Shown: in pieces, positions 38,701 to 51,570 of the stretch
Layout of the letters: the number at the start of each line of letters is the position of its first letter
How positions within the stretch are numbered: the stretch's first letter is position 1
Assembly (NCBI RefSeq): GCF_030144855.1
Contig: NC_082731.1
Location: forward strand, 20,522,001-20,586,000
Direction of reading: 5' to 3'
Source: Hypanus sabinus
Lineage: Eukaryota
Length of the DNA stretch: 64,000 nucleotides
Made by a program: the position numbers and the translations under genes
Notes under the pieces: generated by a model
Database searches by the model: none
Told to the model about the DNA's origin: nothing
What the model saw: only the letters and a program-made list of their open reading frames with translations

Positions 38701-39654
38701 GGACTCGTGTCCCATCTTTGGTTTTTACCCACAATACCTCCGGGAATTTATTCCACTATTCTGTCCCAGCAAATGTGCAGGAATGGAGATATATTTCCAA
38801 ATCAAAAGGGTGTGTAGTTCGGAATGAAACTTCCAATTGGTGATGCCACCTCCCTCCTGTTGATGGCGGATGAGTGAAAATGGAACAGATGCAATCGTGG
38901 GTCTGAGTATGTTACCTGCCTTTCCTTCTGTCCGAAGTACAATCACTTCAAAACAAGTGAAGCTTCTATGAGCGTATTTTGTTGAGAATTTGTACCTTCT
39001 CCCTTTAAGCTGCCTGTTTTTGGGTCGGTTGTGCGACCTGGCGCTTCACCATCTCGAGGAACGCCCTGAAGGTAATGCGCCCTAGCGGAGTTTGCTCGTG
39101 AACGACCAGGTTGTCACCGATTTCTCTGAGTGAAGTGCCGTGGACAACTGAAACGTCGAGACAGCAAGAGGTGGTGTTACCATTATTCTGGCTGCTGTAG
39201 AATGAAGGCCCTTTCACTCGAAGGAATCAACCTTCTCTCTATCTTTACATGGAGAGTTACAGCCTGTTATGCTTCGATGCGGATAATTGTAAAAACAACG
39301 AGGAAGATTGATGCATCGAAACAGTTGGACTTCCGTCTTGTTGTTGCAGAAACAATCTATCTCTCCTTCAATGTACAGAGAGGGAGAGATTCTGTCTGCG
39401 ATACCTAATGGGCGCTTGAACAATGAACCGTTATCCACAATATCTAAAAGATTTACAGCACAATGATCATTAACAACAGAAAAAAAAACTGACGATTTGA
39501 TCATTCCAGATTCCTTCTTCATTCAGTGATATATGCTTCCATTTCTCTGAAATCTCCACATGTCCCTTAATTCCTTTATACAACTATTTTCTCCCTGTGA
39601 TTTCAATCGACAATGCCTCCACAGTATCACGAGTCGCCATTCCCTTAAAGAAGT

Positions 39655-40815
39655 AGTGTAGTGTATATTTATTTTAGCAAGGCATTTAATAAGATACCCC
39701 ATACAAGAAAATTATTGAGAAAGTAAGGAAGCATGGGATCTAAAGGTACATTGCTTTGTAGATCCAGAATTGGCATGCCCACAGAAGGCAAAGTGTAGTT
39801 ATAGACGTCATATTCTGCATGGAGGTCAGTGACCAGTGATGTGCTTCAGGGATCTGTTCTGGAATCCTTACTCTTCGTGATTTTTATAAATGGTTTGGAT
39901 GAGGAAATGAAGGGACGGGTTAGTAAATTTGCGGCTGACACAAAAGTTGGGGGTGTTGTGGATAGTGTGGAGCGTTGTCGGATGTTACAGTGGGACGTTG
40001 ATAGTATGCGAAACTGGCCTGAGAAGTGGCAGATTGAGTTCAACCCAGGTAAGTGTAAAGTGGTTCGTTTTGGTAGGTCTATTATGATGTTAGAATATTA
40101 TATTACTGGTAAGACACTTGGCAGTGTGAAGATCAGAGGGATCTTGGGGTCCGAGTCCATAGGACAGTCAAAGCTGCTACGTAGGTTGACTCTGTGGTTA
40201 AGAAGGCATACGGTGTATTGGTCTTCATCAATCCTGGAATGGAGTTTTAGACCCGGGAGGTATTATTGCAGTTGTATAGTAATCTGGTCAAACCCCATTT
40301 GGAGTACTGTGCTCAATTTTTGTCGCCTCTCTACAGCAAGTACGTGGAAACCATAGAAAGGATGCAGAGGAGATTTACAAGAATATTGCTTGGATTGGGG
40401 AGCATGCCTTATGAGAATAGATTGACGGAACTCGGCTTTTTCTACTTGAAACGACGGAGGATGAGAGGTGAACTGATAGAGGAGTACTGGATAATGAGAG
40501 GCATTGATCGTGTGGATACTCAGAGTCTTTTTCTAAGTGCTGAAATGGCTAGCACGAAAGCAAATAGTTTTAAGGTGCCTGGAAGTAGGCACAGTGGAGA
40601 TGCCAGGGGTATTTTTTTAATGCAGAGAGTGATGAGTAAGTGGAATGGGCTGCCGGTGGTGGTGGAAGCGGAAACGATAGGATCTTTGAAAAGAATCCTG
40701 GATTGTTACATGATGCTTCGAAAAGCTTAGATAGTTCTAAGGTAAGGACATGTTCGGCAGAGCTTTGTGGGCCGAAGGGTCTGTATTGTGCTGTAGGTTT
40801 TCTATGTTTCTATGA
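39655..40815 (+). mobile_element. 5'-truncated CR1 LINE (RT C-terminus and 3' tail)
   Basis: Motifs include FSKAFNKIPH, SDVLQGSVLESLLFVIFINGLD, SKFAADTK and LVKPHLEYCAQF. The tail is gggccgaagggtctgtattgtgctgtaggttttctatgtttctatg. Confidence 0.88.
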
Positions 40816-41269
40816 TTCTGAGTTTTACATCGTATGCGCACTATTAATGGACTCTTATCTTCTCACAATGTGAGAGAGAGGGAGAAAGAAGCACGTGTGT
40901 TCGTGAGAGATAGAAGGAGTGAAATATGAGGGCGGGAGAGAGAGAGAGCGATGGCTGTTATGGAGAATGGAAGGGCTAAGCGAGGGTGCACTGAGTAAAA
41001 AGGTAGAAAATTTGTGAGCTGGGGAGGAAAAGCCACAGATACATGGAGAGAGGTATGTTGAAAGAAATAAATAGCGGAAGAGAGATGAGAGAGGGGAAAA
41101 GAGGGAAGGAAGCGTAGAGCTGGGAAGAGAAATAGAGAAAATGAATCAAAACACTACAGAGAAAATATGAAGGAAAAGAGAGCGCAAAATAAAAAAAAAA
41201 GTTCATAGTCCAGGTGTGAGAGTCATTCGGGGAAAAAAAATGTGAGGCAGTGGGGTTTGTCTTCCAAAT

Positions 41270-41337
41270 GCCTCCCGCTATCTGTGCACAACTCGTCCCA
41301 CACTGTTCCAAGGCGACGGTGGTTCCGGACAAAATCC
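41270..41337 (+). pseudogene. V 3'-end remnant with a well-preserved 23-RSS
   Basis: gctatctgtgcacaactcgtcc is followed by CACACTG (41299-41305), a 23-nt spacer homologous to the V spacers, and ACAAAATCC (41329-41337). Confidence 0.7.
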
Positions 41338-42705
41338 AGGATTCGTGCCATGAAGTTCCCTTTAGAGACCCATCCACCCTCCCCCTCCTCTCAAAATCCA
41401 ACAACACCACTCCCTCGGCAATACATCTACAACCTATATTTGCAGCTTCAGATGCAAGTGAGCTGGGTGAAAGACACATGAGTGGACAAAGTTTTGAGAA
41501 TGCAGACCGAATGGAGAGAATACGAGTTAAAGGCAGAATACATAGGAGGAGTGGAATAATTGGGGAAAGAAGGCGGTAGTGCAAATGGAGTAAAAAGTGT
41601 ACGTGAATTAAAGATAGAGACGTAGAGGTCAATGAAAACGTGGAGAGATGGCAAAAGAGATAGGGGAGAAATAACGGAGGGTGAGTATAGGGTACAAGGT
41701 CATTATGAGGGATAGTAAGGTCGAGTTATATCGTCGTAGTTGACCACCGTGAAATTGTCAAATTACAGCTACCTTTGTGCCGGGTGATACGTGATACTGG
41801 GCTAAGTGTCAACGAATGATGGGTAGGGGCAATGGTTGGCATGCATGAAGACTTTAATTATGCTGACTACGTTAACGAGCTAGCGAAAGGTTTCGATACA
41901 GTCCGTGGGGTGGAGGCAGATGTGCTGAGTTGCGTCCTCAATAGTCTCTGTATGGTCTCGCGATGTACCATCTTCTCCCCGCCTGATCAACCAGCACGGC
42001 CGGATATTGATGCCCAGTATGGTTTCTACAGTCATTGGGACAGAGATGGAGTCAATTCGGACCATCCTATTCCCTCTTTAGCCCTTCTCGTCGACAGTTC
42101 CCTTCATAAGCCTCCTCAAGGTATCCCGTATGAATTACCGCCTATATTTCTTAGACTTCTAATCAAATCTGAACCATACCTCTCGATCGACATCGTTTTT
42201 CATTAGGTAACTTCCTTAACCTCTTAAATACCGAACATGATCGTATTCTCCTCATAGAGCAAGATCTTCCTTCCAGAGTGCAGCTTCTGTTAACGTGTTT
42301 GTTGGAGATATTTGTCCCTTTCCTCTTCAATAAGTTCAGAACGGATATATCTTCTTTAATATTTAACATCACTGCAGAAACAGCCTAAGATGTTTCATGA
42401 GTTTGCCAGACATGACGATAAGATGTTTGAACAATGAACAGTAATCTCCAGTTATGTTACCATGATTAGCAAAAGCATAAGGACCAGGATATTGGATTAG
42501 CCCTCNNNNNNNNNNNNNNNNNNNNNNNNNNNNNNNNNNNNNNNNNNNNNNNNNNNNNNNNNNNNNNNNNNNNNNNNNNNNNNNNNNNNNNNNNNNNNNN
42601 NNNNNNNNNNNNNNNNNNNNNNNNNNNNNNNNNNNNNNNNNNNNNNNNNNNNNNNNNNNNNNNNNNNNNNNNNNNNNNNNNNNNNNNNNNNNNNNNNNNN
42701 NNNNN

Positions 42706-43660
42706 GACGCGATATGAATCAGCAAAAACAGATCCTGTTTCACATGCTTCCTGTACTTCTTTGAGGATATAACCACAGTGAATAGACTGAACAGATCGAC
42801 GTGATTTATTTGCATTTCCAGAAGATGTTCGATAAGTTGCCGCTTAAAAAACTTACGAATAAAAGAAGGATGCAGTGATTTGGAGGTGATCTATTGGCAT
42901 CGATAGAGGACTGTTATTGAGTGAAAACAGAGAGTTCGGATATATGGGTGTACTTTGTTTGGCAATCAGTGTTGAGTGACGTGCAGCAGGATTCTGTGCA
43001 GGGCATGCAACTGTCACGATATACAAGATATAGAAGAACTGTATACAAGATATTAAGAGGAGTAGATAGAGTAGTCAACCAGCGCCTATTCCCCAGGGCA
43101 CCACTGCTCAATACAAAGAGAACATGGGTTTAAGGTAAGGGGAGGGAAGTTCAAGGGGGATATTAGAGGAAGGTTTTTTCACTCAGAGAGTGGTTGGTGC
43201 GTGGAATGCACTGCCTGATTCAGTGGTGGAGGCAGATACACTAGTGGAATTTAAAAGACTACTAGACAGGTATATGAAGGAATTTTAGGTGGAGGGTAAT
43301 ATGGGGGGGGGCAAGGTTTAAGGGTCGGCACAACGTTGTGGGCCGAATGGCCTGTATTGTGCTGTATTGTTCTTTATATTCATTAACTAAATGGAAGAGG
43401 GGACCGAGTGCACTTATGTTTGTTGATGATACGAAATTGAGAGGGAAAGCAAATTGTGCAGACGATACGGTAGTCTGCAGAGAGATATAGATAGTAAAAT
43501 TCAGTGGGAAGGGTCTGGCAGATGGAGTACTTTGTTGGTAAAGGGGATGTCATTCAATTTGGAAGGTAGAATGAAAGAGGGAATTATTATTCAAATGGTA
43601 TGAAATTACAGCTTGCTGCTGTGCAAAGGAATTTGGGAGTGTTTGTTCATGAATCACAAA
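42706..43660 (+). mobile_element. CR1 LINE fragments
   Basis: RT-like pieces (DVIYLHFQKMFDKL) and a CR1 3' tail ending at about 43375, followed by a further RT fragment. Confidence 0.7.
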
Positions 43661-43699
43661 AGTTTGAAAAGGTCTGTTCGAGTGAGAGGTCAGGACATC

Positions 43700-44030
43700 A
43701 TGTGTTCTCTCCGTTCTTTGTTGATTATGTTGTTGTCGTTTTCTGGCAGGAGCGACTGGGAAAGCGCCAATGCCAGCAGTCTCCAGAATTAACGGTTGAG
43801 GAAGGACAGATCGTAAGACTGAACTGTAATTAAATGGTGTGCTTGAGTTTGGTACATTTCTCATCGTGGGGAAACTCAAATACTTGCTTAAGTTATACAC
43901 CTCCAGAAAGATGGGCTGGTCACCACAATCTCGAGTGAGTTTTTGTGAGTTTTCACCGCTGTTTCGCAGAGAGGCAGCAAGTGACTCATCTTGAGTGAAT
44001 CTACGCTGTCTCTGCACTGTTTGTGCGAAG
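43700..44030 (+). pseudogene. Degenerate TCR V pseudogene (V6) with a nearly deleted intron
   Basis: The 46-nt leader MCSLRSLLIMLLSFSG (43700-43745) is followed by only gcag and then the V exon (..ELTVEEGQIVRLNCN*...). The RSS is missing. Confidence 0.7.
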
Positions 44031-44159
44031 TGTGATGCAGTTGAACCGTCCCGAGAGGAGGGGTCGCGCTCGAAAAGTCGAAGTGGCGCACCAAATATTT
44101 TGCGAGTGTCACGTAGTTCACTTAAGACGGGCGACACTCAGAACAAAATTCATCGGTGA

Positions 44160-44335
44160 AGATTTCAGGTTGTTTGGACATGAAATGGCCATGGTTAAAT
44201 TCAAATAATTCCAGTGGTTTGTGCTGGGTTCCGCTGTGTATACTTACATGATCAGCCCTTCCTCACGTAGTGTGGCTGCCGATCTGGACAAAATAGATCC
44301 TGCATACAAGGGCGCATGAAATGGAGAGCGCCAGC
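44160..44335 (+). pseudogene. Possible additional V 3'-end remnant
   Basis: ggtttgtgctgggttccgctgtgtatact resembles the FR3 DSAVY region. It is followed by ggacaaaatag (nonamer-like) and tggagagcgcc. Confidence 0.4.
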
Positions 44336-44411
44336 GGCCCACCGCACTCTGCTCAACATCGAACAACGCCGTCCTCGGGGGAGGAGGGGAGGGAGAGAGA
44401 GAGAGAGAGAG

Positions 44412-44460
<49 letters not shown>

Positions 44461-44789
44461 GGACAGAAAGGGGGATGGAGAATGAGTGAACAAAGTTAAG
44501 AGACGAAAAGTGGAGGATAAATAAAAAGAGAAACGGACCAAGCGGGGTACAGAGAACGGGAAGGAAGGAGAGGAAACAGGTGATAAGGATTGACTAAGGG
44601 AGACAAAGAAAGGAACGAGACATGTCCTGATATGGATACAGCAAGAAGAAGCGCGAGATGGACCGAGAGTAAAAAATTGAAAGTCTGCCAACACTTGCCC
44701 ATTTTGAAAGAGAGGGTAAGACATAAGAGCATAAAACAAAGCAGCAGAATTAGGGCACTTGGCCCATCGAATCTGCTCCGCCATTAAAT

Positions 44790-46300
44790 CATGCTGATTG
44801 GTGACCCTTCCTCAGCCCCAGTTCGGCCTTCCCTTTGGAAACTTTGATACCGTGCCCAGTCAAAAAAATATCACGCTCTGTCTCAAGTACACCCAACCAC
44901 CTGACCTCGGCAGCTGCCGTGCTACCAAATGCAACAGATTCACCAACTTGCACTAAAGGAAATTTCTCTGTATCTCTGTATTAAGTCGACGCCGTCTAGC
45001 CTTAGACTTTGCCCTTTTGTCCTAGACTCCACACATAAAACATCTTTTACACATTTACTCTGTCGGCCTTTCAGCATTCGAAAAGATTCAGTTAGACCCC
45101 CCCTCATTCTTCTAATTGCAGTTAACACAGACTCATAAATTTCAAACTATTCTCATATGATAACATTCGCATCCCTGGATTCACCCTCGGGATCCTCTTC
45201 TAAACTCTGTCCAATGCCAGCGGAGTATTCCTTCAAAGAGGAGCCCAAAACTGTTCACCATACTCAAAGTAGGGCCTCACCTCTGTCTTTAGGCGTCGCA
45301 TCACATCCCTATTCTTGTATTCTCGACCCCTGAAATGAGTTCTAACATTGTATTTGTCGCCATGACCGCCGACTCTACCAGAAAATTAACCTTTAGCGCG
45401 TTCTGCACAAGGAGTACCAAGCTACATTGTACGTTTGCAGATTTTAATTTTGCCTCTTGTCCACGTTCAAAACATGGTCTGCACAATAATTTCTCCCAAC
45501 AAAGTGCATGGCCATGTATTTTCCAACATTGTATTCATATGCCGCTCTCTTACCGATTTTGGTCTTTTGTCTCAGGCATTCTGAAGAGTGCCTGCTTTAT
45601 CGATACTCCCTGATCCTCATCAGTCTCGGATCTTCTGCAAACCTGGCAACGAAGCCATGGATTCTATCATTTAATTCATTGATGTACATCATAAGAAAAC
45701 ATTGGTCCCAGCGGGACCCGCTGTGGAACAGCACGTCACTGGCAGCCAATCTGAGAATGATTAGTTTTAGTGCCATTCTCTACCTCCTACCAAAGCGCTA
45801 GTGCTCTAACCATACCAGTAACGCTCCTGTAATACCATGGGTTCTTAACTTGGTTAGGATCCTCATGTTTGGCACATGTGCAAAAGCCTTATGAAACTCC
45901 ACACATACAGCATCCATTGCACCCCCTTTACTGACTTATATGTCGTCTCCTCAAATAATTCCAACAGGATCGTCAGGCAATTGTTTCTTAAGGAAACAAT
46001 ACAGTCTTCTCCTATCTCGTCCTGTGTCACCAAGTACTCTATAACCTCTTCCTTAACAATTGTATCCAACATATTCCCAACCACTGAGGTCTGGCTAACA
46101 GGTCTTTCATCTCTTCCTTTATACTGACTTCCACTTTCTTAAAGAATAGAGTGATGTTACTAACATAACTTTCCTCTGGAACCATATCACATTCAATAAT
46201 GTTGAAGGATCAGAAATAATATTCCCATAATGTCAACCGCTACGTATTTCAGAATCTGAGGTTGCAGTTAATCTGGTGTGGTTGATTTAGCTATTTCAGC
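44790..46300 (-). mobile_element. CR1 LINE fragment, antisense
   Basis: ORF 45863-46084 reads ..GNMLDTIVKEEVIEYL...CLTILLELFEE.., which is CR1 RT-like. Further RT and 3' pieces lie toward 44800. Confidence 0.75.
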
Positions 46301-47742
46301 TCTTTGAGCCTTGTAATAGTAACTGCACTTCCCTGGCACAGTTCAACATCACACGCATTGCCTAGCGCCTTCTTCATTGCTCTACATATACCCTATACCC
46401 TTTTCATGATCTTTTGCTTTTCCTTTGCTGTCATTGCTGCCAATGTGTACCAAGGTCATCTGGATGTTGTTCCTGCCTCTCCAAAATGTCGTGGACGCAT
46501 TCTGAAACTTCACGAACCCTGGTAACTGGATGCAGTTTCCCATTAGGGTGCCGTGTCACGTCCACATAATCTCAGTGGTTAACGCGACGCTATTTACAGT
46601 CCGGGCATCGGATTCAGGTTTCTTTCATATGCGTATCAGTAAGTGCAGTGATAACCTTCGCAATGCACCTACGTTATCTGGATTCTCAGAGTCTAAAGAT
46701 GTAATGATAAGTAGGTTAATAATCATAGCAAATTATGCTGAAATTAAGCAAGATCTAGTTCCACTAGGGTGAAACTCGACGTGCCCGAGTTATAGGAGCA
46801 GAAGCAGGCCGTTTCGGCCTATCGAGTCTGCTTCACCGTTGATTCATTTGCTGATCCAATTTTTCCAGTCATCCTAATCCCTAACCCCCTGTCTTCTCTT
46901 CATACCCTTTGATGGTCTGGTTAATCAAGAACCTATCCATCTCTCACTTAAATTCGCCCAATGTAATGATCTAAATAATAAAACAAACCTTGTGTGTGTG
47001 GTACAGGGAGTGCATGAGAAACAGGTAGATGCAGGGAGCGAGAACTAGGGTAAGGGAAAGAGAGAGAACAAGGATGCAGTGAGAGAAGTGGTTGGTGTGT
47101 GAAGGAATAATTGAATTGGAAGGAAAGGAAGAGGGAAAACAAAGTGTAAGGAAGGAGATAAGATGAAGTAACTCGAGTAAATCTGATGGAAAGATCGTTC
47201 GATAGAAAGAGTAACAGGAATAATAGAGAGAGAGAGAGAGGGAAAGAACAAGAGAGAGTGGAATAACTGTGGAGAGTCAGCAGCGATATTGATNNNNNNN
47301 NNNNNNNNNNNNNNNNNNNNNNNNNNNNNNNNNNNNNNNNNNNNNNNNNNNNNNNNNNNNNNNNNNNNNNNNNNNNNNNNNNNNNNNNNNNNNNNNNNNN
47401 NNNNNNNNNNNNNNNNNNNNNNNNNGAAGAAGCAGTGTGTAGTAAGTAGTGTGTGAGATTGTAAACGAGTGTAAGTAGGAGCAACATTGCGAGTGAGAAA
47501 TACAAGATAGACAGGGCTATAAGGTAAGGGAATACAGACGACAGAAAAATAAAACGATCTGTGATTGGTGCTGTGTGCGGTTCAGATCGGTGCTCACAGC
47601 CAATCAATCTATTGGCAGGGCAACGCCCCCAGATTTACGCAAACTGAAATACGCTGCAGTTCGGATTTTACTCTTCAATACCGGTCAAGCATATTAACAT
47701 TGAAAGAAAGCAGTCTTTCGATCGAGTTTCAAGCCAGACACA

Positions 47743-48175
47743 ATGAATTCTCCGTGTTGTCTCCTGATTATATTGGCTATCCTCCACGGTGAGTCTCCGC
47801 AGTAACGGCCTATATTTGTTCCCTATGTCTGGAGAAAGCTCGATCTGTTCATGCATTCTCTCCTTTCATTGCAGGAACAAATGGGAAAGATTCCGTGACG
47901 CAATGGCCTCTTGAATTAGCGATTGCGGAAGAACAAAATGTAACACTGAACTGTAATCACACTGGCAATCCTCTATATATTTTTTGGTACGTTCAGTATC
48001 AAGTGGAATCTCCAAGATACTTGCTGGAAGTTATATAGCAGCGAAAGATGGAGAGACATGCAGAATGTCCGGCGAGGTTTACCGGTGGTTGGCAGAGTGA
48101 CAGCAAGGCGGCACATTTGAACATATCTGGTGCTTTTGTGTCGGACTCCGCCGTGTATCTTTGTGCCATGACGCC
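47743..48175 (+). pseudogene. TCR V segment (V7) with compensating +1/-1 frameshifts and an in-frame TAG
   Basis: The leader (47743-47788), 86-nt intron and exon from 47875 are intact. The sequence CTG GAA GTT ATA TAG CAG CGA AAG has its stop at 48036-48038. The RSS CACAGTG-23-ACAAAATCC (48176-48214) is intact. Confidence 0.85.
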
Positions 48176-49135
48176 CACAGTGTTGCAAAGCGATGACGGC
48201 TCTGGACAAAATCCGACCTCCGTGACACAGCGAGTGCTCGCTAGAGGGGGCCATTTGCCGGAAAACAGCCGGTAAACTCATCGGCACCACTGTCACGTGA
48301 TTGACTCAGAAGACGGAACTTGTTAACAAATGTTAAAGCAGGTTTGAGGAGCTATTCCTTCATATTACTGTTTACCTAGGTGCATAGCCCGAAACGTTTA
48401 AAACAATTCCTGCACAGATGAAAGTATTTCTTCCTGATTATCTATAAATCCATATTGCAATGGTATATTTTTCTGGACATCATTTTTGACAACTTTGGCA
48501 GCAATTCTTGAGGCCCTCACAGTGACGATGAAGGGACACCAGCAAATGCAGAATCTGTACAAGTCACAAGAGTAATGGGTCATATATCACAGAAAAAAAC
48601 CGAACAAATTCAGTCTGGAGAACGTAGGAATTCTGTAGAATTCAGGTAACACAAATGTCCAGACAAACTAACAATCTCCCAAGCCACCAACTACAACACA
48701 TAACACTGAAAATGTGCTAACCTCATGACCCCAATGTGTTTTTTTGAAATAAGTGAAGTGATTCATACAAAGATAGTTTAATAATTTCCGTAATGCCAAA
48801 TAATCCACCTACAAAGCAAAATTAACGCCGAGAGTTAGTCCAAAAATAAACGATCGGACATAAAAGGAAAACAATACAAAGACAATGCATGCCAACGAGG
48901 TGACACGGAGAAAATACAGTTGACAGACAAAATGTCAAAGAACACACATCTCCTACTAGGTGTGACATCTATTTCTCCTGTTATTTTAGATAATTTCTTA
49001 ATAAATGCATTTAGTTAGAATGTGCACTGTCTTACGAGAGTATTGAAGTAGATGCTCTGGAGCCTGCTAGTACGTGGTTCCAGGCTTCTGTGTTTTTTTC
49101 TTGATGGTAATATGGGTTGTAAATGTGGGAAGATG

Positions 49136-49202
<67 letters not shown>

Positions 49203-49204
49203 TA

Positions 49205-49500
49205 ATCACCTTATTGAGCGGCTGAAGCTGGTGGAAGACGGCCAAAAAAGGTAACTGTGACTATATTATATTTCAAAGACATGTTTTGGACATTCAGCAT
49301 CGCAAGGAATCTCCAAAATACTTGTTGCTGAAAAATAAACAAGGAATTGGGAGCAGCCGACAGACTGTCCGGAAAGATTTGCAGCTATTTTTGCAGCAAG
49401 ACAGCAAAATGGTTCATTTACATGTCCCTGAAGCTCTTGTGTCGGTTGACGCAGTGTATCTCAAAGCAATGTGGACCACGTTGTTGCAAGACAGGGTGGA
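49205..49500 (+). pseudogene. Degenerate V fragment (V8)
   Basis: It reads ..FWTFSIARNLQ/QHRKESPKYLL..DCPERF..HLHVPEALVS.DAVYL.AM, with a CACGTTG heptamer-like sequence and no nonamer. Confidence 0.6.
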
Positions 49501-51068
49501 GTAAACGTGGGCTGCCTCTTCCTTTCAAGAGATGCGCCCTGACCCGCTGAGCACCTCGAGCATCTTGTGCATGTTACTATGTTCATACAAAGGTAACAGC
49601 CAAAGCATTTAATCACACGTTCATTGGTGCAAACAGCTTTAGGTATAGTAACGTCGCGAGCACTCTCTAAAATTCGTGCTGCAAGTGTCTAGCTTAGTAA
49701 AGATTGAGCGGTCTCTAGAACATTCGCTGAGGTTTTCAACTGGTTTGTAGAAAGGCAGCCAGATGGCCTACAGATCTCTCGTGTCAGACTCGGAGTGTAC
49801 CTTTGTGCCCTGAAGTTCACAGTGATGCAGGGAGACAGTGGAGTAAGATCATTTAGGTGAGGCAACGTCGTCGGTGTTTTCACTATCCAGAAGCTCTGGA
49901 GACAAGGGTAGGATCAGGGAAATCTTCTTCAACGTAGATCTGTTTTTTTTTCGTAGAAAGAACAACGGGCCGAATTTGCCTGGGTGCCTGGAGCCTCCAA
50001 ATCTGCAGTTATGCGTGCCGTGGCTGGCCTCTCCAAGCACTTCACGATGGTGAACATCAGAGCACCCAGCCATCGCTATGACGGCGCGTTACGTAGTTTG
50101 ACTCAGGATACTGGATGGTGTTATAAGGTTCCGTGGGTTTCGTTCGCGCAAGCTGATCAAACATCTTCAGATGTGAATTTTGCTATGCAGCTCNNNNNNN
50201 NNNNNNNNNNNNNNNNNNNNNNNNNNNNNNNNNNNNNNNNNNNNNNNNNNNNNNNNNNNNNNNNNNNNNNNNNNNNNNNNNNNNNNNNNNNNNNNNNNNN
50301 NNNNNNNNNNNNNNNNNNNNNNNNNNNNNNNNNNNNNNNNNNNNNNNNNNNNNNNNNNNNNNNNNNNNNNNNNNNNNNNNNNNAACGCACACTGCTGATT
50401 GTTGCTTAATTGACAGCAATATAGACTGTTTAAAAGCAATGTAGATTGTATAGACATAGGAACAACATGGAACGTTATGGCAATACATGGAGAAATGGGA
50501 ATACCACAGAAAAGTAATTTGGTGAGTACGGTCGGATTGGGGACATGGCCCTGTTTCAGTGCCGTATATCTCGTTGACTGCATGATCAGGAAGTTTGCTT
50601 CTTTTACCACTATGTCCGGATACGGTTCTATATGACACCGGGGGATAAGATCAGAAATTTCCAGGTCAATAGCGAGATAATCTCCACCATGAATTTATAT
50701 TCAGTCAGTCCGCACTTTACTTATGCGAAGGTGAATTCTGACAAAACTTTTCCCCCAGCAGTTCACAAGAAGGTCATTACTTATCATTCACTCGGTACGT
50801 GCCCGCGTCGAATCCCTTGAAGACCACAATGGAAGCTGCATTTATTGTGGTTCATAAGGAGGCTATTCGGCTTATCGCGTTGTGATTAGCCAATGATCTG
50901 ATGTGTGCTTGATATCTAGTCGGCCTCTTTATCTGCCAGGATAAGGCCAGTACATTTAGAGGATTTAGAGGGAAAAAGGCAGAGGGGGAATTCAATGAAA
51001 TCGGATTCTCTTTCCTGTTCAAATAGGCCTCGATTCCGTTTTATCTGCCAATCGTTGAACAGGGCACC

Positions 51069-51570
51069 ATGAAGTCTTCTCTCCAATATCTGTCACAGTG
51101 ATAACTTTTTGGAAGTTATCTGTTTTCGTATCGAGGCTAAAGCCAGAAGTATGTGTTCCCTGTTTCTTATTCAGTGCCACGTGAGTTCAGTGCGTCAGGG
51201 ATATTGCGGCATTCTGTCTTTTATTGAGGAACGAGAGGGAAAAATTCAGTGTCTAGTATGCTCCTAAATTAGTAGTTGACGCAAGTAAGCCCATAACACT
51301 GAACTGAAATTACCCACAAACCAATCCAAACATTTTTGATACACGCTGCATCGCTGGAAAACTCGAAAAATAACTGCTGGAAGTGCATGACTCACGATAA
51401 CTGGAACAGTCTCCGGAATGTTTGGCAGAGTTTAGAGCTGATATGCACAAAGACAGAGTCAGCTCATTAAAATATCGCTGGAGTTCATGTTCCAGACTTT
51501 GGCGTATGCCACAGTGGAAAGAATCCTTCCTTCAGCTTTGCAGAAAGAGACAGCGGGGCGGACAAAATCC
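51069..51570 (+). pseudogene. Degenerate V pseudogene (V9, subfamily C)
   Basis: Paralog of V12. It has caccATGAAGTC, an acceptor at about 51228, ataacactgaactg, and the nonamer ACAAAATCC at 51562-51570. Confidence 0.65.

Larger units (their letters stand above)
26000..39500 (+). repeat. Tandem segmental duplications of the V unit and its spacer block
   Basis: Copies of the post-V/spacer block are at about 26000-29400, 30760-32650 and 35870-39500. Copies of the pre-V block are at about 22630-25270, 29370-30745 and 32610-35130, and also 1150-3400 and 6840-15300. Confidence 0.8.

Noticed and set aside
40976-41632. 218-aa minus-strand ORF and similar S/L/F-rich ORFs (24190-24747, 46948-47607, 57773-58159)
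   Set aside because: These are translations of GA-rich low-complexity or microsatellite strands and contain no domain motifs.
42200-42480. Additional V unit before the N-run at 42506
   Set aside because: Only a weak resemblance to the post-V flank. No leader, V exon or RSS can be supported.
51510-51516. CACAGTG as the RSS heptamer of V9
   Set aside because: It is 45 nt from the nonamer and aligns to the Tyr-x-Cys codons of V12 (tataacactgtg), not to the heptamer position.
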